From Candidatus Poribacteria bacterium (lineage in GTDB: Bacteria > Poribacteria > WGA-4E > WGA-3G): DNA of 64,000 nt. This document shows, piece after piece, positions 51,901 through 60,160 of the stretch. Within the stretch, counting starts at the first letter, position 1. Every line of letters starts with the position of its first letter. Location: assembly GCA_965215265.1 (NCBI GenBank), contig OZ244048.1:2141743-2205742 (forward strand), written 5' to 3'. The position numbers were made by a program, and so were the translations under genes. A model generated the notes under the pieces. It ran no database searches, was not told where the DNA came from, and worked only from the letters and a program-made list of their open reading frames with translations.

Positions 51901-53012
51901 ACATGGAATTCGGAAATTTCTTTAGACAAATCTATAAAGGCAAAAACGAGGAAGAGAGAGATGTCTTCCTGCAGACGCTTGACTTCGGTTTTGACCTGCG
52001 CAAACAGGCAACCTTACTCATTACCCCGCTGCGCGAATTGGTAACCAACATCAATCTGAATACAAACTTTATCTGGCACGACCGGGACCAGGACAAAAAC
52101 AGGAACATTATCCGCGGCGTTTATAGTTTCAACGGCTCCGCCACAAATACACTCTTCCGTGTCTACAATATTAGTTTCATCCCACGGGCACGTAAACTAC
52201 GGCACGAGATGCAATCATCACTCCGGTTTGATTACCAACCCCCTGTTGATCGGAACGATAATCTCTATCCCTTCGGCCCCAGCACCTATTTCTACGAACG
52301 GAAAAGGATCGTCTATAACTTCAACACGAACATCGAAATTAAGACACAGCGCAGCCAATCCCCACATCGTATCTTCCATTTTGACACCCGACTCACTGCC
52401 GACTTTACCAAATTCGACCCGCTAAACAGACGCAAATATGAACCGATCGAGAGTGATTTCACTATCATACCGCTCCCCAATCGCAGCCTGAACATGACCG
52501 TCCGACTCACCCACGACCCCAATCCACACCCAGAGGACGGTACCATGTTCAAAGTTGTCGGAATCCGTTCCAACATCCGATACACACGACAGAAGTGGAA
52601 TGTCAGCATCGGAAACTCCTTTAGCAAACGGCACACCGCCATTCGAGCATCACGCTCCATCACCGCCAATGGCAGATACCGATTTAACGAGAACCTCGAT
52701 TTCGATTTCAACCTCATCTTTTATCCGATCGACAGGGACTTCTACTCACAACGCATTAGTATCAATCGGAACTTACACGATTGGAACTTGCGCGTCTCTT
52801 GGAGCCGCATCGGCATTAAACGCGGGCCGCCACCCCATAACAACGTCCGACAAGATTTCACTTTTCAGATTAGCTTAATTCCAGAACCAGCAGTCTCAAT
52901 GGGCATCGGCTACGATGCCACTACCGAAACATGGGGACTCCGTACCTTACCCGCCGGCGCACCTTACAACGCTTTCGGGGTAGGAAATGCACTCGGACGT
53001 TCTTACTTCTAA
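48939..53012 (+). CDS. LptD/OstA-like outer-membrane protein (1357 aa) carrying an embedded parvulin (PpiC) domain split by acidic PQ[ST]DD tandem repeats
   Basis: RBS AGGAGGGGG plus TTG. N-terminal LptA/OstA-type beta-jellyroll (…FGDITLRADHVWADFTENVNLIRASGNVHLITGDEE…). PpiC signature …ADFAQLAQQHS….GGDLGFITFGEL – [repeat insert] – AAFQLEEGQISQVLKTESAFHILKI. Long C-terminal beta-rich region ending …GRSYF-stop. Confidence 0.55.
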   Translation: MNFQDAPASGERKPKFWDTCAAAIIALLAIPYLHSPAAPAHPALNARLIAQTPPPEQTETPTEPQEETDEKENAPTFNPEQETPDSGFVIGDGDEMVMHENLVQIHGNALVKFGDITLRADHVWADFTENVNLIRASGNVHLITGDEETFSDELVFNLETKKGIARNGFTYSDPWYFGGSEIFKIEDKTSYVRSASLTTCSLKYPHYYFSVSRVIIRVNDELIAKNIILRIGGFPLFYFPAIRRDLQKGKIAKIIVKVGTDSYQGPYISIIQPVARKRRYDGALLYDRSARRGHGFGLETKYRFNDTQFQEIYIPIPPDLTAAQRSKLEDKAKEIRERLEGKYNRYWLKQIFLPYEITDADFKRAKENAEELHNQLVQENADFAQLAQQHSSHETRYEGGDLGFITFGELIEDTEKSTPASKNTDKNTETPQTQSGSEDAAQTDDDTPQSDDKPPQTDDDAPQSDDEPPQTDDDTPQSDDEPPQTDDDTPQSGSEDAVQPIGTPKLDPILETAAFQLEEGQISQVLKTESAFHILKIERALDVYGEREIQVRRIDINIEPSDETRQKIRETANQIYQRAHEGEPLEKLAEEFDEAALSEINQGKGLPLNQMESGWQYSVRRLEKPGEIIQRRPVSAPEGLYIFQLIKKEETPSFEQLAQEFELEWETFQQEVMRSTEEEKQENAEKNQTAAAAEPLQAKSIAPQQKKKTEEKNGTPTQLDEQPDAESENTTQEEDEEDEEDEAAAAEQGVYRKHGFRGQWEDPRMVAAEARSLYTGEFSRVVKTKKAIRLIKVDRKRTYRGDFYFYGKDAYSFDRQNATRIGRTWISRWGHTQAIYTPWDNRQEGRRPINFTGRLEWRARNYKEELRLPGESTLKSFGLLNYGSAFTTWSTQDVDENNNLKFSMETIGDFAGRLEIRHIYDFTQQGTTSLQKLPQLSLNFSRMRFSQLPLFRTINSGLVYLSEKAQSDKPFLSLLSVPTLDNTSFDLDMEFGNFFRQIYKGKNEEERDVFLQTLDFGFDLRKQATLLITPLRELVTNINLNTNFIWHDRDQDKNRNIIRGVYSFNGSATNTLFRVYNISFIPRARKLRHEMQSSLRFDYQPPVDRNDNLYPFGPSTYFYERKRIVYNFNTNIEIKTQRSQSPHRIFHFDTRLTADFTKFDPLNRRKYEPIESDFTIIPLPNRSLNMTVRLTHDPNPHPEDGTMFKVVGIRSNIRYTRQKWNVSIGNSFSKRHTAIRASRSITANGRYRFNENLDFDFNLIFYPIDRDFYSQRISINRNLHDWNLRVSWSRIGIKRGPPPHNNVRQDFTFQISLIPEPAVSMGIGYDATTETWGLRTLPAGAPYNAFGVGNALGRSYF
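50268..50417 (+). repeat. in-frame 42-bp tandem repeat x ~3.5 (DDD[AT]PQSDD[EK]PPQT) inside the LptD-like CDS
   Basis: Units at 50268, 50310, 50352 and a partial one at 50394. It is flanked by a longer direct repeat (…caatccggatcagaagacgcag…). A 9-bp x3 EED repeat lies at ~51131. Confidence 0.85.
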
Positions 53013-53096
53013 CATTATTAAATTGAAGACTCATAACCTAGAATGGCTCCCACTGGGAGCCTACTTAGGCATAGTCTTTTGAAGTCAAAGCATCAG

Positions 53097-53161
53097 AAGG
53101 CTCCGACGAGATTTGTAAAGGGTTTAACATTGCAGCAGCCTTGTATCGGGCTCCTGTAGAC
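53097..53161 (+). repeat. repeat family B, copy B3 (variant), 3' of the LptD-like gene
   Basis: gaaggctccgacgagatttgtaaagggtttaacattgcagcagccttgtatcgggctcctgtagac. Preceded by the small hairpin ggctccc-act-gggagcc at 53045-53061. Confidence 0.7.
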
Positions 53162-53820
53162 GAAAAGGCGATTTCAAGCAACTGAGCGCGGTTTTATATG
53201 AATGGAGAATCTACTACAGCACTGGATACCGGGTTTATTTCGGCGTTTTCCGCACCACAGCTATTCTGCTTTGTGGCGGAACTAAACGCACACAACAGCA
53301 AGACATTGCCAGAACACAAAACTATTGGAACGACTTCTTAGTACACAGGAAGGAACAAGGACAACAAATACCGAAACGAGGCTTCAGAGGCGCACATTGC
53401 CTTTCAATCCCCCTTTTCTTAAAGAACTTGCTGAACTGGGGTTTGCCAAAGTTTATCTGGAAGCTGCATGAGCCGATTTTGACAAGGATAGGAACATTGA
53501 AAGACTATTGCACGCCATAAAAGAGGTAGCAGAAGCACAAAGCGGAATTGGCATCCTTGTTGCATGGACACAACTCAGTTATCAGAATCTTGCTTATCTT
53601 CTTCGTGTCAAACATCCATTGCAATTGGATAAAACGTTAGATTCAAAAACAGAAACCGCTCATCAACCTAACCGTAGCGTGGACAGAGACGCTAATATCA
53701 TTGTCATCGACTTCGTGAACGGAAAAACGGAGAAAATCGGAACAGATTGAAACACTGAAACCGAAGCTGTTTTTTTATGAAACGAAGACACACCGACTGA
53801 CTCAGGGGCATTCCGATGCC

Positions 53821-54546
53821 TTAGTCTGCTTCAACATCCACAAGTAGCTCACGTCCATTCAACGGTTGCACCGGACGACTATTGCCCTGCATAATCGTTT
53901 CAAATGCCAAAATTTGCGATTCAGACATTTCAATAGGTGTCGTTATTATGAACCATTTGACCCCTTCCGAACACGGCGGAGTCGTTAACGAACCCTCGTA
54001 ACGATAGGTATGCCTCGTGCTTGGCAACAGTTCGTCGGCATTGACGGTAACACTCTCAATGCTGCGCATCTCGCCCGATACGGATGGCAAATTGCTCCAG
54101 ATTGAAGCAAACGTCGGATTATCACTTCCACGTTCTATTAACACACCAACCACAGCCAACGTTCCATCCTCACTTTGGTGAACGTAGTGCATCTCCATGT
54201 CAAACGCTCTACCGGCTACTGTATGTTCACCGGGGGCGTGGAAGTGGAATTGTTGCAATTCATACCTTGTGCCATCAACCTCAATCCAACTCCCTTCATT
54301 GTATGCAACTTGAATAGTATGTCCAGTATTGCGAATGTTCAAAACCGTTGGCTGGTATTTGAAAGTCATCGCTGGAAGTTCAACAGCTATCGGGTTCACC
54401 AAATCAATCGGCGATTGGTGTATCCCCACAGCACAAATGGCATACTCCGGATTTAATTGCCCCCAGATGTTTGGACCATTTTCTTCTGTATAACCCCACT
54501 CTACTGTGTGGGATTCACTAACTAATTCTTCGTGTATGATATCCAT
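53821..54546 (-). CDS. alpha-class carbonic anhydrase (apparently without a signal peptide)
   Basis: QSPIDL, HFHAPGEHTV…MEMHYVH and the SLTTPPCSEGVKWF zinc-ligand/active-site blocks. Confidence 0.85.
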   Translation of the reverse strand: MDIIHEELVSESHTVEWGYTEENGPNIWGQLNPEYAICAVGIHQSPIDLVNPIAVELPAMTFKYQPTVLNIRNTGHTIQVAYNEGSWIEVDGTRYELQQFHFHAPGEHTVAGRAFDMEMHYVHQSEDGTLAVVGVLIERGSDNPTFASIWSNLPSVSGEMRSIESVTVNADELLPSTRHTYRYEGSLTTPPCSEGVKWFIITTPIEMSESQILAFETIMQGNSRPVQPLNGRELLVDVEAD

Positions 54547-54682
54547 TATAAACTTATATCCATGAACTATAGTAGATTTAGTACGCTATCTTTATCCGTA
54601 TGCCATTTCAGGATGTTTACCAAGAACACGAAGCAAACGTTCATCTGCACCTTCCAAGACATAGTCAGGCATACGTTTGTTT

Positions 54683-54807
54683 GTCTACAGGAGCCCCATA
54701 CAAGGCTGCTGCAATGTTAAACCCTTTCCAAAACTCGCTCTTTAGTATATTTCAGCACAACAACGATGGCTGTAATGAACAACGAAAGCACAAATCTCGT
54801 CGGAGCC
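54683..54807 (-). repeat. repeat family B, copy B5 (inverted, with a ~62-nt internal insertion)
   Basis: The reverse complement reads ggctccgacgagatttgtg-[insert]-gggtttaacattgcagcagccttgtatggggctcctgtagac. Confidence 0.7.
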
Positions 54808-54846
54808 ATTTTAGGTTTTGATTTTAAAAGACTATACCTAGTTAAC

Positions 54847-54935
54847 CTCCGACGAGATTTACATCGGATTTAACAATACATAACCCTTGATGGTACCAAG
54901 ATATACAAAAAGATGGTACGGAGATATACGAAAAG
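54847..54935 (+). repeat. element F2 (ctccgacgagatttaca…gatggtaccaagatatacaaaaagatggtacggagatatacg, internally duplicated)
   Basis: Matches F1 modules. Confidence 0.7.
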
Positions 54936-55110
54936 AAGTGTTTGTTCTTTTGACATATTTCTAATACCTAAAAAAGCGTGTCTCCTGTTAAGATTCTTAA
55001 AAGTTTTCCGTTAATAACTCATGTCCTATTAGTATTCTGTGATAACTAGGGAAAGTCGTTCAGGCTGTTTACCCAATTCAGAGCCGTTTATGTTTAGATT
55101 CATAGCATAA

Positions 55111-55176
55111 GAAGGCTCCGGCGAGATTTATACAGGTTTTAGCATAGCAGCAGCCTTGTTGCGGGCTCCTGTAGAC
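55111..55176 (+). repeat. repeat family B, copy B4
   Basis: gaaggctccggcgagatttatacaggttttagcatagcagcagccttgttgcgggctcctgtagac. Confidence 0.7.
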
Positions 55177-55967
55177 AAATGAACCAAATCGATGTGGGCA
55201 GATGCAATGATATCGGCACCCATTCGCCCTGAAACTGCCTGTCGTTGGCAGCATTGATGACTGTGCAATCGGTGAATGTCACTCGCGCCCCCTTCAATGA
55301 CTTTTCCTGAATCTTGATACCGTAACCGACGGTATTCTCAACTGTGCAGTTATTAAATTCAATATGCCCCCTGGTCCATCGTCTCGAATCTTTGAAACGC
55401 GGATACCCGTTCCGTGTTGACTGCTGATGTAGCAATTTTCAAAGTGCATCGTCACAGCCTCGGATTCACCGGTGGTGTGCGCCAAGAACACTTCGATACC
55501 GTCTCCGCTGTTATCGACGTTGACGTTCTTGCAACCGCCTCTTCCAACGTCATCCGCCACTCGCCCTTTGGATACTGTCCATACCAGCGATGCCAGCCAA
55601 ATTGTTCGAGTACGAGCCCTGTGATATAGTCCTGTTTCCACATCCTGAAAGTCGCGCCGTAGCCACGGATGGTGAGATTCTCCACATTTTGTGCTGTTAA
55701 CATGGAGTCCCCTTTTCCCCGATATTCCCCGCGTTTTGCGGTAACGACTGTGCCGGGTTCAAAAAGCAATTCTTGATTCCCGGCAAGCCGAATTGGCTGA
55801 ATTATCCAATCGGTGTGCATATTCGGCACAAACACGCGTTTCGCGCCGGAGTCAATTGCTGCCTGCAGCGTCGTTGTCGCATCTTCAGGATCAAAACCCC
55901 ACCACGCAGCATTGGCAAAAGTCTTTTCTCCAGAACGAATCTCTTCAATCGCTTCAAGATTTTTCAT
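55139..55967 (-). pseudogene. frameshifted right-handed beta-helix (pectate-lyase-fold) protein gene
   Basis: Three successive minus-strand ORFs in three different frames (55967-55452, 55641-55294, 55435-55139) together read as one beta-helix protein (…AAWWGFDPEDATTTLQAAIDSGAKRVFVP…, …NCYISSQHGTGIRV…, …NCTVENTVGYGIKIQ…FTDCTVINAA…). The last ORF runs into repeat B4. Confidence 0.55.
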
Positions 55968-56091
55968 GGTTAACCTCTATTGCAATGCTTAAAATACTAA
56001 AGTCCCGACGATTTTTTTCGGATAAAAACAGGTAGAGAAAGGCGCATTTTTCACGCGCGGCTATTATCCCTTCTTACATAAAAAAGTGGGA

Positions 56092-57375
56092 CTATATCGC
56101 AAACGTCTTTTCATCGTCAAGCAGCATCAACGCAAACCAGGTTTTGATATCGGCACGCCCGGGCGCGAGTTTGTTGAGCATCCTCGCCATCATTTGCTTA
56201 TGTTGCTCAGTGGTAGGTCCCATCTCAGTCATATGCTGGTTATATGTCTCAATCTCCGCCGCTTGCTTGGGATAGTTTTCCGTGAGCCATGCCTCAACAT
56301 CGGCATCGGTTGGCATGTTCTTCAGTGCCGCTGCAAAATCCGTCGCGGAGATACCGAGAAAAGCGAGGGTTGCCCGGTCAATACCGGAATCTTCCCCGTA
56401 AAAATAGGCGCCCAATGTGTCTCCATTTACAGCCCGTGCTTTGTCAATCAATCGTGCGAGTTGAACCATTCCATAGACATCTGTATTGTAAGGGCTCCGT
56501 GGTGCGCGCCGTTGGAGATCTACGATTCCGAAACAGAGCTGATCGTCTATGTCTTGGAGTGCGACCCACGTGTCAATGTCCGTGCGGTCTGGAGCAACTT
56601 CACGGCATCGTGCTTCAAAGCGTTGGCGCGTGTTTTCATTGGGACCATAGTTTATCAACGTCTGATTGAAGGTATCGATTTCCGCGGATGATTTACCTGA
56701 GTTTTCCAGTACCCATGTGCCCAATTCGAGGTCGTTCGGGTTGTTCACTGCTGCTGCCTGAAAATCATCAGCTGAGATTCCGAGAGTTTCTAATATGCGT
56801 ATGTCTTGCCCGGAATCTTTGCCGTATTTATACTCTCCGATTTTTCCTGCGCGTGCGGCGCGTGCTTTATCGGCCATCCGTGCAACGCCACAAATGCCGC
56901 CAACATCTTTTGCCCGTGCGCTGCGGGGCGGCCGCACGGTGAGGTCTACCTGCCAAAAACTGCCCCAGTCATCAAGTTCCATAGATTGAAGCACCGTTTT
57001 AATATCGGTTCGCCCTGGGGCATACCGCGCGAGTCGTTCTTTTAGCCGCTGCTTGTGCCCTTCCGTATCTGGATTATGATTAATCGCGTCCTCGTTAAAA
57101 GCATCAATTTCTGCTGCGGTTTTTCCACTCGTTTCAAGCACCCAGTCTGCAAGTGCTTCATCGTCATGTTCTGCAACGGCTTCGGCGAAAGTGTCGGCTG
57201 AGATACCGAGGAACTGTAGGACGCGCAGGTCCAACCCTGAGTTTTCCCCGTACACATATTCCGCGAGAGTTTCGGCATTAGATGCACGTGCTTTGTCAGT
57301 CATTCGTGCTAAGCCAACAATCCCTGAAACGCCAAGATTCGTTGGCCGGCGTGGAGGTTGACGTGTTAAATCCAT
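56092..57375 (-). CDS. protein built of three tandem ~142-aa homologous repeats of unknown function
   Basis: Each repeat reads …P[PR]RS…G[IM]V.LARM.DKARA…G.Y.YG..SG.D…L.FLGISA..F…W..EN…AEI..FN…GP….RQ…AR…APGR.DI.TW…DD…. Confidence 0.6.
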   Translation of the reverse strand: MDLTRQPPRRPTNLGVSGIVGLARMTDKARASNAETLAEYVYGENSGLDLRVLQFLGISADTFAEAVAEHDDEALADWVLETSGKTAAEIDAFNEDAINHNPDTEGHKQRLKERLARYAPGRTDIKTVLQSMELDDWGSFWQVDLTVRPPRSARAKDVGGICGVARMADKARAARAGKIGEYKYGKDSGQDIRILETLGISADDFQAAAVNNPNDLELGTWVLENSGKSSAEIDTFNQTLINYGPNENTRQRFEARCREVAPDRTDIDTWVALQDIDDQLCFGIVDLQRRAPRSPYNTDVYGMVQLARLIDKARAVNGDTLGAYFYGEDSGIDRATLAFLGISATDFAAALKNMPTDADVEAWLTENYPKQAAEIETYNQHMTEMGPTTEQHKQMMARMLNKLAPGRADIKTWFALMLLDDEKTFAI

Positions 57376-57543
57376 AATTAATTTCTCCTTTCAAAATGAA
57401 ACAGTGTCAAATTTTAAAATATATTGACAAAAACTCTGATAAGATAGAGACAATTTATTTCCATCCGGGCCACAAAGTCTCTGCCGGGATGGACGTGTGA
57501 GCATTCACAAGAAAAGAACCGTATGACTTTAAATAGACAAAAC

Positions 57544-58998
57544 TTATTTCAATGGATGCAGGTTGACTTCAGCGGCGAGTCGCCCTTCTAAACGAAACCA
57601 AACCTGCAAACCGTTTTGTGTCAGATAAAGTGCCTCTGGTGCAACAGTATCGACGGTACCGCGCAAGATTACATACGAACCGAGCTTGCGTTTTTCTATC
57701 GCGCCTGATAACGTTTCATGTAATTGCGTGAGTTGTTGTTCTAGTGGAAAAACCAGTTTTTCTTCTACTGTCGTTCGGAGGTCAGGAAAGAAGCCTTCGC
57801 CCACGTCCTCCGCGATACTCAACAGCAGACTTTGGGTTGTGAGCGAATAGTCAAATTCGGTGACAGCGACCGTCATCTCGGTTGCATTATACACAGGTGT
57901 CCCGAGGAGATACAGTTTGCCCTTCGCGTTAAAGGTTGGCATCCCAAACGTCACACCTGCGACTAACTGCGTACCGCTACCGTAGAGAGTTAGGTTTCCA
58001 ACCTGTGTCTCAATACCCTTTAACTTATGCGTTTTTTCAACATAAGGCTTAGCAAGTTGTTGAATCGCCGTATAAGCGACCTCAACCGGGGCGATAATAT
58101 GATACCCTGATTCAAGCGAGTCAACAAAACGGAGGTCTGGTAGTGGTGGAATCGGTGCAGCTTCCACCGTCTCTCCAATACGTACGTGAATATGTGTTTT
58201 TATTCCTAGGTGGATAGAGAGCGTATCCACATCTCCAGAAAGTTGCTGCGTGAGAATCTCTAACGGTTGTATCACAAGAACTATAGGCGGTTCGTCTCTG
58301 ATAACAATCGGTTCATGGAGTTTCTCCCATAACCCGGCAACGCGACTTTTCAGATTCACACGGGTGATATGTGTCACAATGAGCTCTTCTAATTTAGGTA
58401 CAACTTTGTCTTCAACCAATTTAGTGAGGAGGCTCCGAATTGAGATAGTGATACCTACAATTTTAATATCTGCCCGCTGAATTGATATGTCAAGGCTGCT
58501 TTGAGCAGTAATTCTCCAATCAGGATTGAACATAAACCGAAGGTTTAACGTTGCGGCGGCTGCGCCATCAAAATCTTCTCGCTTCCGGATTACTTTCCGA
58601 AAGACCGTTTTAGAGACTTCCGCCCAACCGCTAAATTGAAACGGCATTTGTATCGAGATGGTGTCATCAGGCATCCTAGTCATCAGCATCGGACCTGGAT
58701 TTAGCTGAATGGACGATTCAATCGATCCATCTTTCCGTTGAATGGGCTTATGCAGATAGTCCTGCAAAGCGGATTCAACGAGTGGTTTAACATCCTGTAT
58801 CGGTAATTCCGCTTTAACAGCAAGCGTTGACGGTATCGGCGGTGGTAACGGTCTCAGTGTCACTTCTCTCGGTGGTGCGGGCGCGTTTACGATTCGGTCA
58901 GAACCGCTGAAAAGGGTAAGGAACAACACAACGCAAATGAGGACGGCCCCCAGCACAATCCCAATAATTATCTTGACGCGTTTCGTTAGTGCTTTCAT
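57544..58998 (-). CDS. hypothetical N-terminally membrane-anchored protein
   Basis: Start chosen at MKALTKRVKIIIGIVLGAVLICVVLFLTLF (TM), which avoids a 53-nt overlap with the upstream gene. 484 aa. Confidence 0.45.
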   Translation of the reverse strand: MKALTKRVKIIIGIVLGAVLICVVLFLTLFSGSDRIVNAPAPPREVTLRPLPPPIPSTLAVKAELPIQDVKPLVESALQDYLHKPIQRKDGSIESSIQLNPGPMLMTRMPDDTISIQMPFQFSGWAEVSKTVFRKVIRKREDFDGAAAATLNLRFMFNPDWRITAQSSLDISIQRADIKIVGITISIRSLLTKLVEDKVVPKLEELIVTHITRVNLKSRVAGLWEKLHEPIVIRDEPPIVLVIQPLEILTQQLSGDVDTLSIHLGIKTHIHVRIGETVEAAPIPPLPDLRFVDSLESGYHIIAPVEVAYTAIQQLAKPYVEKTHKLKGIETQVGNLTLYGSGTQLVAGVTFGMPTFNAKGKLYLLGTPVYNATEMTVAVTEFDYSLTTQSLLLSIAEDVGEGFFPDLRTTVEEKLVFPLEQQLTQLHETLSGAIEKRKLGSYVILRGTVDTVAPEALYLTQNGLQVWFRLEGRLAAEVNLHPLK

Positions 58999-59017
58999 AG
59001 CAATTCTCAAATTAAGG

Positions 59018-60160
59018 CTAACCCGAGTCCTGTCCAGAAAACCGATTGATAGAAAAATGGCTGATGTCAAAAGCGGTCTCGTCTGTAGATGCCAATTCGC
59101 TCAAGATACGTCCGACAAGCGCGCAAAATTTGAATCCGTGCCCTGAAAAACCTGCCGCAATTAAGACATCAGCACAGTCCGGGTGTACATCAATGATAAA
59201 ATCTTCGTCGGGTGTTTGTGTATAGAGACACACTTCCGCTTTAACAGTGGTACCAAGGCTCGGAAAACGTTCTTGCACATAAGCATCCAGATGTTGGATG
59301 TAGTCAGCATCGGCATCCCGATTGCATGTATTAGGTGAGACGGTTTGCCCTTTTCCGTCTCTCGCCACCTTTACACCGTTTTCCCCGAAAGCGGGGATAC
59401 CGTAAAAAAAATCACCTTCTGCGGTTGTCTCTGTGAAAACAGGGAACTGTTTTGGTTGGAACAGTGGCTGAGCCGTGGGTTGGTAGTAGCAGACCTGTTG
59501 GCGTGTAACAGTGAGCGGCAGTTTGAGTTCAGCAAGGAGAGCTGCTGTCCATGCGCCGGCTGTCACAATGAGTTTTTTGCCACGAAACGTCCCTGCTTCA
59601 GTCTCTACGCTCGGTACATCAGCATCCGTTAGGATTCGGGTTACCGGAATGTCTTCTCGGATTTCGGCACCGTGATGTGCAGCTAATTGCAAGTGGGTTG
59701 AAACGCAGTGAGCAGCGTGAAGAAAACCGGTATCCTTTTGCCAGAGGATGTGCATATCCTTTGACACGTGAAATTGCGGAAAACGGCGCGCTAACTGTGG
59801 TGCCTCCCACCACTCTGATTCAACACCGGCAGCATCCAAACTTGCACGCACCGACCTTCCATACGGATTGTCTTCAATACCGAGGTTGATACTTCCGGTA
59901 ATAGACAGCAACGAGTTACCTGAGGCAGCTTCTAATGCGCGCCATTCTGCATAGGCAGATTTCATTAATTCAGTGTAGAACGGCTTATCGTAGAACAGCC
60001 GGATAATCCGGGTTTCGCCATGCGAACTGCCGAACGCATGTCCACGATGGAATTGTTCCAAGGCAAGGACGTTCGCGCCAGATTTCGAAAGGTGGTAAGC
60101 TGTCGCGCTACCCATCCCGCCAACACCGATGACAATGGCATCATAAATATGAGTTTGCAT
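59018..60160 (-). CDS. FAD-dependent amine oxidase of the sarcosine / N-methyltryptophan oxidase (MSOX/DAO) family
   Basis: N-terminal Rossmann motif YDAIVIGVGGMGSATAYHL. 380 aa, typical of monomeric sarcosine oxidase-like enzymes. A Cys near the C-terminus (…GHGFKFCALVG…) lies where covalent FAD attaches in MSOX. Confidence 0.6.
   Translation of the reverse strand: MQTHIYDAIVIGVGGMGSATAYHLSKSGANVLALEQFHRGHAFGSSHGETRIIRLFYDKPFYTELMKSAYAEWRALEAASGNSLLSITGSINLGIEDNPYGRSVRASLDAAGVESEWWEAPQLARRFPQFHVSKDMHILWQKDTGFLHAAHCVSTHLQLAAHHGAEIREDIPVTRILTDADVPSVETEAGTFRGKKLIVTAGAWTAALLAELKLPLTVTRQQVCYYQPTAQPLFQPKQFPVFTETTAEGDFFYGIPAFGENGVKVARDGKGQTVSPNTCNRDADADYIQHLDAYVQERFPSLGTTVKAEVCLYTQTPDEDFIIDVHPDCADVLIAAGFSGHGFKFCALVGRILSELASTDETAFDISHFSINRFSGQDSG

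Noticed and set aside
53508-53750. 80-aa ORF in the intergenic region after the LptD-like gene
   Set aside because: No RBS, no recognisable motif, and it lies in a repeat-rich spacer. Insufficient support.
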